A stretch of DNA of 63,782 nucleotides, the filler included, from Nemertoderma westbladi (lineage: Eukaryota; Animalia; Xenacoelomorpha): NCBI GenBank assembly GCA_032718475.1. It is 3 parts of 3 records of this genome, joined end to end, with 100 filler letters (N's around TTAATTAATTAA, not from the genome) between each part and the next. Parts side by side here need not be neighbours in the genome. Positions count along the whole stretch, not along the records: positions 1 to 28,360 come from JAUCBJ010008817.1; 2 more parts are not named here. One strand, given 5' to 3'. Under the pieces are notes generated by a model, which searched no databases, was not told where the DNA came from, and worked only from the letters and a program-made list of their open reading frames with translations. Numbering within the stretch: position 1 is the stretch's first letter; every line of letters starts with the position of its first letter. This document shows positions 13,521-27,036 of the stretch, piece after piece. Position numbers and translations under genes: made by a program.

Positions 13521-15255
13521 TCAATCGATATACGTCAAGTCAATAGTTTCCGTTTCTAAGCAACCAGAATCGCATTGACTTAGTCTGAACTTCTTCTTGG
13601 GAGGGCTGTTGTCTATCGAGGCACCTTGGCCACCACTAACAGTATAATGCGTAGTGGTGACATCACTAGCACCGGAACCACCAATAGCACCGGGACCTCC
13701 AATAGCACCGGAACCACCAATATCACCAGAACCACCAATAGCACCGGAACCACCAATAGCACCGGAACCACCAATAGCACCGGAACCACCAATAGCACCG
13801 GAACCACCAATAGCACCTGAACCACCAATAGCACCGGAACCACCAATATCACCAGAACCACCAATAGCACCGGAACCATCAATAGCACCGGAACCACCAA
13901 TAGCACCGGAACCACCAATATCACCAGAACCAACAATAGCACCTGAACCACCAATAGCACCGGAACCACCAATAGCACCGGAACCACCAATAGCACCGGG
14001 ATCTCCAATAGCACCGGAACCACCAATAGCACCGGGATCTCCAATAGCACCGGAACCACCAATAGCACCGGAACCACCAATAGCACCGGAACCCCCAATA
14101 GCACCTGAACCACCAATAGCACCGGAACCATCAATAGCACCGGAACCACCAATAGCACCGGAACCACCAATATCACCAGAACCACCAATAGCACCGGAAC
14201 CACCAATATCACCAGAACCAACAATAGCACCGGAACCATCAATATCACCAGAACCAACAATAGCACCGGAACCACCAATAGCACCGGAACCACCAATAGC
14301 ACCGGGACCTCCAATAGCACCAGCGCGGTTGCTCCCAGTAGCAATAAAAGACTGGTCGTCGAATCCAATAAATTCTTCATTACTCGAGTAGCCGGAAGCG
14401 ATGACGTCATTTTCTGGATGCGCAGTTGGGACGACATCTTGGGAAAGGTGGCCGTCATTGGCGGAAAGTTTATCGAGAACTAGGTCACTTCCGGGTGGCT
14501 TACATGGAAATATGACGTCACTACCGGATGTTTTACCTGGGGCAATGAAGAAGCTGCGAAATAATTTCTTCTGTTTGGGGGACCACCTGTTTGGGGAGGT
14601 GACGTCACTTCCGACAGATTTAACTTCAGTTACATGTAATTGTTCCTTGGGAGTAATGACTTCACTACGGAGATGCTTCATAGGAATGATTTCGTCACTT
14701 CCGGTTGGAGAATTTCGATGCAGGAAGAACTCCCGGAAGGCTTTCTTCTGTTTGGGGGGTGGTGTTGCAAGCGGAGCCGGAGGTATGAGGTGTACAGGTT
14801 GCACGGGGGTCTGGCCTCCCACTGGGACCGGGATTGATACAGAAGAGCAACCCTGCGTCGGAACTCCGACCGTTACCGGGGTACTCAACATCCAATGACT
14901 CAGCCCCTGGGTGCCACCCTCGCACGACGCGCCTACCCTATCTTGTACCGGCGCGCCAACCTTCCCTTGTACCGGCGCGCCAACCTTTCCCACACCCGGC
15001 GCGCCAACCTTTCCCACGTCCGGCGCGCCAACCTTCCCTTGCACCGGTACAGGTGTACTAAACTTCCACCGACTAGGTACCGGTAATTCAGTGAGTCCGT
15101 ACTGCTCCAGAACCGGTTCTTTAACGTACCAGCAGCCGCGTGGATGGACGCCGGGCCGCCGTTCGTAAGTGGCGAGCGCGCGGATCCGTAGCTCCAACTG
15201 CCGCTTCGATATAGAACCCCCGGAATCCGGGGAATTCCTGCAACTCCAGAACGAT
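13521..15255 (-). CDS. CHAF1A: Terminal coding exon of chromatin assembly factor 1 subunit A (p150): C-terminal winged-helix region plus a long low-complexity tail
   Basis: ISKRQLELRIRALATYERRP..RGCWYVKEPVLEQYGLTELPVPSRWKF matches the p150 C-terminal pattern as recalled (SK.RL..I....YEKRP...CWYV...L....LPVP..W.Y). A strong acceptor ttttctttcag|A precedes it at 15256/15255. The frame is open to a stop at 13521. Upstream exons were not identified. Confidence 0.75.
13666..14322 (-). repeat. In-frame 18-bp coding repeat, ~36 copies, encoding G(A/D)I(G/V/D)GS
   Basis: Unit tagcaccggaaccaccaa. All variants preserve the frame. Confidence 0.95.
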
Positions 15256-15353
15256 CTGAAAGAAAATGGGATAACATCAATCATAGATTGGATTAATGAA
15301 CTATTTTATCGAGGTTGAAAGCGTTGGGCTGAGTTGGTTGGTATTCACAGCAT

Positions 15354-18300
15354 CTACAACCCACAGCACCTACCGTGGGTTGTAGGGATGTAAACCACCC
15401 GGCTACAACCCACAGCACCTACCGTGGGTTGTAGGGATGTAAACCACCCGGCTACAACCCACAGCACCTACCGTGGGTTGTAGGGATGTTAACCACCCGG
15501 CTACAACCCACAGCACCTACCGTGGGTTGTAGGGATGTAAACCACCCGGCTACAACCCACAGCACCTACTAGGGATGCGACAGAGCTAAAATTTCATCCG
15601 GAGCCGGAGCCCGGAGGTTGCTCCGGATTACAATATGAGCTCCGGCCAGAGACGGAGCCGGAGCCGGAGATTTGGTGATTGATAATTCCAGTGTATTATT
15701 ATATTAGACATAAACAGATATGTGTCCATGAGACATGGGGGGGGGGGGGGGGATTTGATGCAATTTCTTACGCGGCGAATTAATATCTCGCCTCAATGTT
15801 AAATTATCAATTAAGGGAAATGAGCAATTTACAGTCGCATACTATTATAATCAAAACAATAAACTAACTATATTCAATATAACAGGTTACAGTTTTTTTG
15901 TAGTAATCAGCAGTTATTTGCGTCGATTTTCCCCTGGAGAGGGAAGGGATGAATTTATATTGCGTCCAAAGACTCCCTGCTGTAAAATGGTACATCAACC
16001 AATGGGTATCGTGACGAAGCCAAAAAATTATATTGGGGGGGGGGGGGGGGGGGGGTGATACTCTACCGACATCAAAACAACGCAGGACATTATTATGACC
16101 ATCGCTAATTATGTCTATAATTTATGTCAGGTAATACGTCATAGGTCCTATAGTCGTTAGGTCCCGTGACATAATATCCTGCGACAATAGATCCTTAGTT
16201 ACAACAGCTATGATTACTAGTATAAAATTAATCTGTAACATGTGCTATCGAGTCTCGTTAGAATAATACCGGTCCGTCACTATATAACCTGCACCCTTCT
16301 CGACTGAAAAAACGACATGAACAGAACAGTACCAACCTGTTGTGGATGGGGGTGGGGGTCAGTAGAATTGGGGTTCTATAGACTGACGAACGAAACGAGA
16401 GTACATGTACAGTATTTAATATTTTTAATTAGGGAAGAATATTAATTGAATTAACTGAATCATTTCAATGTTTTTGTCTAAATATTTAAACAATTTCTCA
16501 AGGGTGGGTGGGGGGGGGTTTATCAGGAAACTTAAAAAAACAAGCTGTAAATTACTTAATGAGTTATTATGTTAATTACTATGATATTTACATTATTCAT
16601 ACATCAGAAAAACTTATTATTTTAATTCAAATTTCAACAACATGAGCTCCGGATTGGCTCCGGGTTAATTTGCCCGGAGCCGGAACCAGAGCCGGAACTA
16701 GAAAATTGGCCCGGAGCTCCGGATTTCCGGAGCCGGCTACAACCCACAGCACCTACCGTGGGTTGTAGGGATGTAAACCACCCGGCTACAACCCACAGCA
16801 CCTACCGTGGGTTGTAGGGATGTAAACCACCCGGCTACAACCCACAGCACCTACCGTGGGTTGTAGGGATGTAAACCACCCGGCTACAACCCACAGCACC
16901 TACCGTGGGTTGTAGGGATGTAAACCACCCGGCTACAACCCACAGCACCTACCGTGGGTTGTAGGGATGTAAACCACCCGGCTACAACCCACAGCACCTA
17001 CCGTGGGTTGTAGGGATGTAAACCACCCGGCTACAACCCACAGCACCTACCGTGCGTTGTAGGGATGTAAACCACCCGGCTACAACCCACAGCACCTACC
17101 GTGGGTTGTAGGGATGTAAACCACCCGGCTACAACCCACAGCACCTACCGTGGGTTGTAGGGATGTAAACCACCCGGCTACAACCCACAGCACCTACCGT
17201 GGGTTGTAGGGATGTAAACCACCCGGCTACAACCCACAGCACCTACCGTGGGTTGTAGGGATGTAAACCACCCGGCTACAACCCACAGCACCTACCGTGG
17301 GTTGTAGGGATGTAAACCACCCGGCTACAACCCACAGCACCTACCGTGGGTTGTAGGGATGTAAACCACCCGGCTACAACCCACAGCACCTACCGTGGGT
17401 TGTAGGGATGTAAACCACCCGGCTACAACCCACAGCACCTACCGTGGGTTGTAGGGATGTAAACCACCCGGCTACAACCCACAGCACCTACCGTGGGTTG
17501 TAGGGATGTAAACCACCCGGCTACAACCCACAGCACCTACCGTGGGTTGTAGGGATGTAAACCACCCGGCTACAACCCACAGCACCTACCGTGGGTTGTA
17601 GGGATGTAAACCACCCGGCTACAACCCACAGCACCTACCGTGGGTTGTAGGGATGTAAACCACCCGGCTACAACCCACAGCACCTACCGTGGGTTGTAGG
17701 GATGTAAACCACCCGGCTACAACCCACAGCACCTACCGTGGGTTGTAGGGATGTAAACCACCCGGCTACAACCCACAGCACCTACCGTGGGTTGTAGGGA
17801 TGTAAACCACCCGGCTACAACCCACAGCACCTACCGTGGGTTGTAGGGATGTAAACCACCCGGCTACAACCCACAGCACCTACCGTGGGTTGTAGGGATG
17901 TAAACCACCCGGCTACAACCCACAGCACCTACCGTGGGTTGTAGGGATGTAAACCACCCGGCTACAACCCACAGCACCTACCGTGCGTTGTAGGGATGTA
18001 AACCACCCGGCTACAACCCACAGCACCTACCGTGGGTTGTAGGGATGTAAACCACCCGGCTACAACCCACAGCACCTACCGTGGGTTGTAGGGATGTAAA
18101 CCACCCGGCTACAACCCACAGCACCTACCGTGGGTTGTAGGGATGTAAACCACCCGGCTACAACCCACAGCACCTACCGTGCGTTGTAGGGATGTAAACC
18201 ACCCGGATACAACCCACAGCACCTACCGTGGGTTGTAGGGATGTAAACCACCCGGCTACAACCCACAGCACCTACCGTGGGTTGTAGGGATGTAAACCAC

Positions 18301-19581
18301 CCGGCTACAACCCACAGCACCTACCGTGCGTTGTAGGGATGTAAACCACCCGGCTACAACCCACAGCACCTACCGTGGGTTGTAGGGATGTAAACCACCC
18401 GGCTACAACCCACAGCACCTACCGTGGGTTGTAGGGATGTAAACCACCCGGCTACAACCCACAGCACCTACCGTGGGTTGTAGGGATGTAAACCACCCGG
18501 CTACAACCCACAGCACCTACCGTGGGTTGTAGGGATGTAAACCACCCGGCTACAACCCACAGCACCTACCGTGGGTTGTAGGGATGTAAACCACCCGGCT
18601 ACAACCCACAGCACCTACCGTGCGTTGTAGGGATGTAAACCACCCGGCTACAACCCACAGCACCTGCCGTGCGTTGTAGGGATGTAAACCACCCGGCTAC
18701 AACCCACAGCACCTACCGTGGGTTGTAGGGATGTAAACCACCCGGCTACAACCCACAGCACCTGCCGTGCGTTGTAGGGATGTAAACCACCCGGATACAA
18801 CCCACAGCACCTACCGTGGGTTGTAGGGATGTAAACCACCCGGCTACAACCCACAGCACCTACCGTGGGTTGTAGGGATGTAAACCACCCGGATACAACC
18901 CACAGCACCTACCGTGGGTTGTAGGGATGTAAACCACCCGGCTACAACCCACAGCACCTGCCGTGCGTTGTAGGGATGTAAACCACCCGGATACAACCCA
19001 CAGCACCTACCGTGGGTTGTAGGGATGTAAACCACCCGGCTACAACCCACAGCACCTACCGTGCGTTGTAGGGATGTAAACCACCCGGCTACAACCCACA
19101 GCACCTACCGTGCGTTGTAGGGATGTAAACCACCCGGCTACAACCCACAGCACCTACCGTGGGTTGTAGGGATGTAAACCACCCGGCTACAACCCACAGC
19201 ACCTACCGTGGGTTGTAGGGATGTAAACCACCCGGCTACAACCCACACACAGCACCTACCGTGGGTTGTAGGGATGTAAACCACCCGGATACAACCCACA
19301 GCACCTACCGTGGGTTGTAGGGATGTAAACCACCCGGCTACAACCCACAGCACCTACCGTGGGTTGTAGGGATGTAAACCACCCGGATACAACCCACAGC
19401 ACCTACCGTGGGTTGTAGGGATGTAAACCACCCGGCTACAACCCACAGCACCTACCGTGGGTTGTAGGGATGTAAACCACCCGGCTACAACCCACAGCAC
19501 CTACCGTGGGTTGTAGGGATGTAAACCACCCGGCTACAACCGACAGCACCTACCGTGGGTTGTAGGGATGTAAACCACCCG
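15354..19581. repeat. 49-bp palindromic minisatellite (~4 + ~58 copies), interrupted at 15570-16734
   Basis: Unit ctacaacccacagcacctaccgtgggttgtagggatgtaaaccacccgg. Each unit has an 11-bp stem, ctacaacccac/gtgggttgtag. Confidence 0.97.
15570..16734. mobile_element. hAT-like MITE with CCGGAG subterminal repeats inserted in the 49-bp array; right terminus lost
   Basis: Starts TAGGGATG, with ccggag clusters at both ends. A related end (ccgg-rich...catcccta) occurs at ~63560-63640. Confidence 0.55.
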
Positions 19582-19760
19582 GGGGGAGTCGCATAGAAAT
19601 TAAACACTTGTGTTAAACGACACACTAGTACAGTACGACTGTACAGTACAGTAATGAAAGTCAGTAAATATTAAATGTTCAATGTGATGGATTCAATGTG
19701 GTTCTTAGAAGGCTTCCTCTCGGGGTGGTACCATACATACCCTGGTTTACCAGTCAATAG

Positions 19761-20992
19761 CAAGGATGTTTTACGTTACGTTACGGTATTACGTTACGTA
19801 ACGGTTGAAAAACTGAACTTTTTACGTTACGATATTACATTACGGAATAATTTCCAAATTACGTTACGTTACTGTATTCCGAAAAAAATAATTGCGTATT
19901 ACCGAAAATACCGTAACGTAATAACCGGTTCAGATTCCATAGGACCACAAAGAGATAATAGCAGTAGCCCTGTAGGTAGGCCTACCATGTAACTTGCTAA
20001 CGGATCTAGAACACTTCCCCCACGGACACTCCCCCCACCCCCCCCCCCCCCCCCAGTTAAAATGTTAAAATTAATCTGGGTACATAGACGCAATAAACAA
20101 AAGTTAAAGATGGTTACAGGACAAGTTGTATCTGGTCAAGTTTTTTCAAAATTATAAAAGAATCATTTTTATAGTCAAATTTTGTTTGTTTTTTCCTTTA
20201 ATTGGAGGGCTGCCGCCCCCCAACCCCCGCTTCTTTTGTTGGTGGCTGCCGCCCCCCAACCCCGGCATTTTCCTGTGTGCCCGTGGTGAGGCTGTAAACT
20301 CGGGCCCCCAAACCCCGCTTCTCTGAGCTTCGAGAGGAAACTTGCCGCTCCAACCATATACCCCGCTTACCTTACAAATTGAAAAATATGAACTGTGCGA
20401 ACGTTTGGAACTGTCCGGGGGGGGGGGGGGGGGGGGAGTGTCCGGGGGAGGAAGTGTCCGCACACCCTGCTAACCTGTCCTGTAAATCTATGATATATAC
20501 CATTACAGCATACTGCGTTGTTATAGGCTACAGTTAGGATAGAGCAGATACTCAGCATAAATAGTTCAGTCAGTAGCCCTAGCTAGCTTAACATTAATTA
20601 AAACTTAATGTTTAATTAAAACTTAATTTATCTTTTAATTAATTATTAATTACAACTTTATCATAAATAACTGGAGAAGCCAGGAAGCTGGCTATAAGGA
20701 TACCGTGTGTACAGACAAACAAAACCTATTAAAGCAATTAACTTTATATTGAATTAGCTATAGAAGGTGCAAGTGAAAGTGAAAGTGTTTTGTCGAAATA
20801 TTTACTTTTTTGTCCAAAATGATTGCTTGGTAGCTAAAACCAATATTACGCTATTACGTTACGGTTTACGGTAAAAATATACAGTAATATTACGTTACGG
20901 TATTGAAAAGCTATTACGTTACGGTTTACGTTACGGAAAAATATTGAGCTACTGTATTCCTGAAAAGATACCGTAACGTAACGTAATGACAT
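19761..20992. mobile_element. MITE with (TTACG/CGTAA)n subterminal repeats
   Basis: caaggatgttttacgttacg at the left end, inverted cgtaacgtaatgacat at the right end. Another family end lies at 4931-5090. Confidence 0.6.
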
Positions 20993-21560
20993 ATGACACC
21001 ATCGTAATGACACCTTGGTCAATAGGGTGGGTGGGTGTCGCAATCGGAATACCCAATCGGCCCCACCTCCAAAGCTCCCTATGGTCTCCTGCCATTGGGC
21101 AAGTGGCTCATCTGCCAGGCCATATACCACTCTCAGGGAAAGTAAGACGCTAATATCTCTAGTTTAATAAACATTATCCGTCTTTAAAATTTACTTTTTA
21201 ACATTGTCTGCTTCTGGTTTTTAACATTGTCTACGTTTTAAAACATTGTCTACGTTTTAACATTGTCTACTTTTTAACATTGTCTAGTTTTTAACATTGC
21301 CTAGTTTTAACATTGTCTAGTTTTTAACATTGTCTACTTTAAAACATTGTCTGGTTTTTTATCACTGCTTAATTTTTATCATTGTCTAGTTTTTAACATT
21401 GTCTGGTTTTTATTACTACTTAGTTTTTAACATTGTCTACTTTTTAACATTGTCTAATTGTTAATATTGTTTGGTGTTTTATATCACTGCTTAGTTTTTA
21501 ACATTGTCTAGTTTTTAACATTGTCTAGGTTTAACATTGTCTGGTTTTTAACATTGTCTA

Positions 21561-24228
21561 CACTGAAAAAAGTAACTACATCTCGTTTGAAAAAGTGCCA
21601 CTATCAATTATTAGTGGCATTAATTAATTTTGAAAGTTGCGATTTTACTAAACTGCAATTTTTTTCGAAATATGAAATTATTTATTTTTCCAAATTACAA
21701 AAACCCATTTTGTTAAATTTAATTAAATGTACTTCAAGAATATACCAGGTTATGTAAATTACTAAATATATTAAAGTTCCACTTTTTTGAATTTCTGTAA
21801 AAAGGTGCGCTTTTAAACAAGGTTTACGTGTTGTAAAGTGGTACTTTAAAAGAATAAATTAAAACGTGTCCTTTTCTGCAAAAAGATGCGATTTTAAACA
21901 ATTGATATATGTGTTGTAAAGTGCTACTTTAAAACAAAAAAAAATTAAAAAAGTACCCTAATCAGTAAACAGTTACGATTTTAAACTTTTAACGCAAACG
22001 TGACCCATGAAAATGTGAATATTGTGTAAAAAGATACGATATGCTTTAAAGGAAACAAACCATATCTTAGGAGGATTGAGAGAAGAGCCTCTTTAAATTA
22101 AAATTCAATAACATGCACTTTTTAAACTTTTTGTAAAAAGTTACTGCCTGGTACAGTAGTTGTTGAGAAGTTGACCGGTATACAGAACCTGTATAGGTAC
22201 ATTTAGTTTCGATTTATTGTAAGTCAACATAACAGCTGTGCTAATTGTTCTATATGCTTTCATTGAATCATGCATACTTAGTGGTTATCAGATATATTGC
22301 ATTATTGTATTAGTACCGGTACGTGAGTTGTATATTATTTTGAATAAATCGTAGAATTTACTGTGGGGCGAGCTTCACCAAGTGAGAGAGCCAAAGCATA
22401 TATGGGTACCATTAACGAGTTGTATGTCGTCGTCGTCATACATTTTTGATGCTAATAACTCGGTCATTCCTTGATGAAATTAAACCAAACCTTGTCCGTA
22501 TGTAGTACTTCAAAAGTTTAGAAAGAATCTGAAGTTTGGTCAAAAATCAGACCGTCTGTCAGTCGCTACCGGTAGTTTAAGACTTTTGATAAAAACCAAA
22601 ATAACTCAGTCAATCATTGATGAAATTAAACCAAACTTAGCGAATCGCCTTCCGGAAATAAGCAGCTGAGAATCCCAGTAATTCAACTGGAAATAACCGC
22701 ACAAGATGTAGCCAAGGATACTCCTGGATTTCGTCGAGCCGTTCGTCAATTTCTATCTGACTTCGAAAGTCGGAATATTTGCAATATTTATCAAATGGCG
22801 GAATGAGTGTGTTATGTGTTTCCGGAGATGCAGATTAAACACCACCGCCTTCACGATAAAATTGCATTTTTCCGTCATAAGTTATCCGTACACAAGGCGA
22901 ACAAGTCTTACCGGCACAGGGGTGCCGCAGCCGATAGGCCTAAGGATACCACCGTTGATCCATCCAAGGCCTACAACAAGGGCGATGACAATGAAAGTGT
23001 TACTACCGGTACCGATACCTCGGTAAAATCGACTGCTGTGGTGGATCAAGTGTTGAGTAAGGCTGCAACTAAGAGATTTACTGGGTGCAAACGAATGAAA
23101 GTGAACGTGTTGACGGCTAAGAAACAAATTAAAAAACCAAGAAAGAAAACGGTTCTTGTAGACCTACAGGAGGATCTGCGGAGTTCAGATGATCCCGAAT
23201 CGGATAATTCCGATTCAACAACCGCTTCCAGTTCGAGCCTCGAGTCAGTGTCTATTTCGGAGTCAGATCTAGGAGATGCTGATTATATTCCTGGAGGAGG
23301 AGGCGGCGCTCTCATTTGGGCGAGAATGAGAAAAAAGGATATACCCTGGCCTGGTAAGGTTTCTGTTGCACCAGATGGAACTGACCCTCCTCCGATGTTC
23401 ATTGCGTTATATGTCATGTCTTATACCAGTATAACTATCTGTTTATGATATAACCGAAGCAGCGGCTGCCATAGCAACTGTAAAACTGTTCTGTGTTAAA
23501 TATTTGATCAATCTCGTGTATATTAATAGCCATAATTATAATAATAGATTCTCGTGTTGTTTATTATTCATTATTAAACTTTTATGGGGATAAACTTTGG
23601 GGTCAATATTCATCATATCTTAAACATATGACTTCATTTAATTTAAAGAAATTTACACTCATTATTAAAAAGAATATAAGTTCCCCTTAGATAAGCAAAC
23701 CAAACTAGTTCTTCTTTACAGTGAAAAGTACCTCTTTTTCACAAACTAAGTAATATAAATTGATCTTAAATATAGCGGGGAGTGGTATTTTTAAATAGAA
23801 AGTAGCACTTTAATTGGAAATCAAGTACCACTTTATATTTTAATAAGTGCTGCTTAATCTAAAAAGTGCATGTTTTAAATGATTATCCCACAAGTAAAGT
23901 ACATATTACATAAAAAAAAGCTGAGCTTTTTTCCTACTAATGAATATAAAAACGTAAATAATATTCAGAAAAGTGTCGTTTTCTAAACAGAAAATCAGTA
24001 CTAACATATCAAAAAAAGTACCACTTTTTAGAGTAATTAAAAGTGATCTTTTCTGCTCCTTGAAAAAGTGCCATTTTTATATTGTAATAAAAAGTGACTC
24101 TTTTTGCTACTTAAAAAAGTGCCGGTTTTTCAAAAAAGCGTATCTCGTTTGAGTACTCAAAACCAGATGCACTTTTTTGGAAAATCGGCACTTTTTTATG
24201 AAAAAAGTACAACTTCGTTTTTTCAGTG
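21561..24228. mobile_element. CACTG-terminated DNA transposon derivative (EnSpm/CMC-like) with TA target duplication
   Basis: TA-cactgaaaaaa ... ttttttcagtg-TA, inserted at the TA of a satellite unit (ttgtcta|gtttt). aaagt(g/a)c subterminal repeats at both ends. Confidence 0.75.
22807..23448 (+). pseudogene. Transposon-borne ORF fragment with basic and acidic-Ser tracts and a PWWP-like N-terminal motif
   Basis: GALIWARMRKKDIPWPGKV resembles the PWWP consensus GDLVWAKxxGxPWWPAxV. No proper ATG context, and likely truncated. Confidence 0.5.
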
Positions 24229-26965
24229 TAGTTTTAACATAGTCCGGTTTTTAACATTGTCTAGTTTTTAACATTGTCTACTTTAAAACAATGTCTGGTT
24301 TTTTATCACTGCTTAATTTTTATCATTGTCTAGTTTTTAACATTGTCTGGTTTTTATTACTGCTTAGTTTTTAACATTGTCTACTTTTTAACATTGTCTA
24401 TAATTGTTAATATTGTTTGGTGTTTTATATCACTGCATAGTTTTTAACATTGTCTGGTTTTTTATCACTGCTTTATTTTTATCATTGTCTAGTTTTTAAC
24501 ATTGTCTGGTTTTTATTACTACTTAGTTTTTAACATTGTCTACTTTTTAACATTGTCTAATTGTTAATATTGTTTGGTGTTTTATATCACTGCTTAGTTT
24601 TTAACATTGTCTAGTTTTTAACATTTTCTAGGTTTAACATTGTCTGGTTTTTAACAGTGTCTAGTTTTTTAACATTGCCTAGTTTTAACATTGTCCGGTT
24701 TTTAACATTGTCTAGTTTTTAACATTGTCTAGTTTTTAACATTGTCTACTTTAAAACAATGACTGGTTTTTTATCACTGCTTAATTTTTATCATTGTCTA
24801 GTTTTTAACATTGTCTGGTTTTAATGCTGCTTAGTTTTTAACATTGTCTACTTTTTAACATTGTCTATAATTGTTAATATTTTTTTGGTGTTTTATATCA
24901 CTGCATAGTTTTTAACATTGTCTGGTTTTTAACATTGTTTCATATTTAACATTGTCTACTGTTTAACATTGACTAGTTTCTAACATTGTCTGGTTTTTAT
25001 CACTGCTAGATTTTATCACTGCTTAGTTTTTAACATTGTCTGGTTTTTATCACTGATTAGTTTTTAACATTGACCAATTTTTAACATTGTTTCATTTTTA
25101 TCATTGTCTACTACTTAACATTGTCTATTTTTTAACATTATCGATTTTTTAACATTGTCCACGTTTTAACATTGTCTAGTTTTTAAAATTATCTAGTGTT
25201 TTAATATTGTCTAGTTTAACATTGTCTACTTTTTAACATTATTAACATTGTCTACATTTTACAACATTGACTAGTTTCTAACAGGTCTGGTTTTTATCAC
25301 TGATTAGATTTTAACATTGTCTAGTTTCTAACATTGTCTGGTTTTATTTAACATTGTCTAGTTTAACATTGTTTCATTTTTAATATTGTCTACGTTTTAC
25401 CATTGTCTACTTTTTAACATTGTCTACTTTTAAAATTGTCCACTTTTTAACATTGTCTACTTTTAACATTGTCTGGTTTTTATTACTGTATAGTTTTTAA
25501 CATTGTATGGTTTTTATTACTAGGTGGGATAAATATTTCTCCATTTGACGCAACACCACCGCGGCCGCTATGAGGGAGGTGAATACCGCGGCCGCTCCTA
25601 AAGCCGCAGGCCATCGCTAACTATATAGGTTAACTTGGGATTCTGGGGGACTTTTCGATGAAGGAACTGACCAATTTTTTTTATTTTCGCACCAGGGGAG
25701 CGGCTCGGAATTCTAAGATATTAGCAACTCTAACATTAGCAAATCTATCCCTTCGACGGACACGGCGGACAAAAAACCGTCATTTTTTCGACTTTTTTAA
25801 AAAATTTTTGAAAGGCGCTCTACAGTGGCTCGAAAAAACCCTAGGTTATTGCTTAGCCGACGCCGGGATACGATAGAAGGGATTAATTGGTGAATTCGTT
25901 TTTTTTTTCAAAAAAGATTACCACGCCTTTTTCCCGAAATTGTCCGTCAAAGTTGAAAAAACGGACAAAATGACTTTGCAGGATCCGCTATAACTCGGCT
26001 AATATTAATCGTACGGGGACGAAAGTAACGCGGTTGTAAAGGGGAAGAGTGGTACTACCTTCGTATCGAATGGGGGTAAGATATTTATTAAAATTTCGGG
26101 TGGAAAAAGGGGCCGTAAATTTGTACGTTTTTGTCCGTCTTTTTTGGAACACTTATTTCCGAAATGTTTAATTCGACAACGCGGGTAGGAATCCACTAAT
26201 TCTTTTATGAAACTCGTAGAAGACCATTGGGGCTACGTTCCTATCGAATGGGGGTACAAAAAATATGTCGGCAATAGGGGCCAAAAAGGGCCAGAATTTG
26301 TAAAGTAGTTTTTATCGAATAATTTTTTATTTTTAACTTTAGTTGGTTAAGGTACATTCTATGCGGTCAATATCGATACGGGGAATTCAAATATGCTATC
26401 GGTTTTGCTCCAAGGATGATATTAAAAAAATGAGGGCCAAAATTATAATTTCGCGCTTCAAACTCGCTTCGCGGGAAATCGTCTAGCTCGAAAACTACTT
26501 AACTTACGGGAGATTTGTTTACACAGACTTATAGTGCGTTAAATTATCTATCTAACAGCGTTAATTACAGCGCCGGAGGTATTATAAAACTGGAGCGGCA
26601 GGCGATCGTGTGAAATATAATATTTATAAAAAGGGACGAAAAATTTTTTTTTTAACAAATCGCTACTCCATTATAATTTAGCGTATAGCGCCAAAAATAC
26701 CTGTAAAAAGTATCAAATTAACTCCGCTATCTTTTATCTTAACATATATAATTAAAATTACGAATTTTAAGGGTCGAAAAATATCGCGTTATTTTGGCCC
26801 TTTTTTTTAATTTTTTTGGGGCCAAAAATATCCCCTTCTCAAAAGATTAAGAAAAAAATTACGGCAAAGAATATACCAATTTTATTGAATTTGGACCACC
26901 AGAACCGAAGTTAGAGCGATTTTAGTGAAAAAATAAAAGTAATTTTTTTGCAAAAAATTAAGAAT

Positions 26966-27036
26966 GGTCAATATTGGATTTCGAACCCGCGAACTTAGGT
27001 TTCATTAACGTTATTGATAACCACTAGACTATGTGA
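26966..27036 (-). other. Decayed tRNA-like Pol III promoter sequence
   Basis: Minus strand A box TAGTCTAGTGG and B box GGTTCGAAATCC with tRNA-like spacing. No proper anticodon or acceptor stems. Confidence 0.45.

Larger units (their letters stand above)
21195..25522. repeat. Degenerate ~16-17-bp AT-rich satellite (ttttaacattgtcta), split by an insertion
   Basis: Repeated ttttaacattgtct(a/g) units with ttttatcactgctta variants and higher-order blocks. Confidence 0.9.

Noticed and set aside
13613-14458. Alternative-frame and antisense ORFs (VVPVLL, PEPPIA, TGTTNS)
   Set aside because: By-products of the 18-bp repeat. Only the GAIGGS frame is continuous with the CHAF1A-like domain.
8986-19581. 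30-bp and palindromic 49-bp arrays as CRISPR arrays
   Set aside because: The units are head to tail with no unique spacers, there are no cas genes, and the context is eukaryotic.
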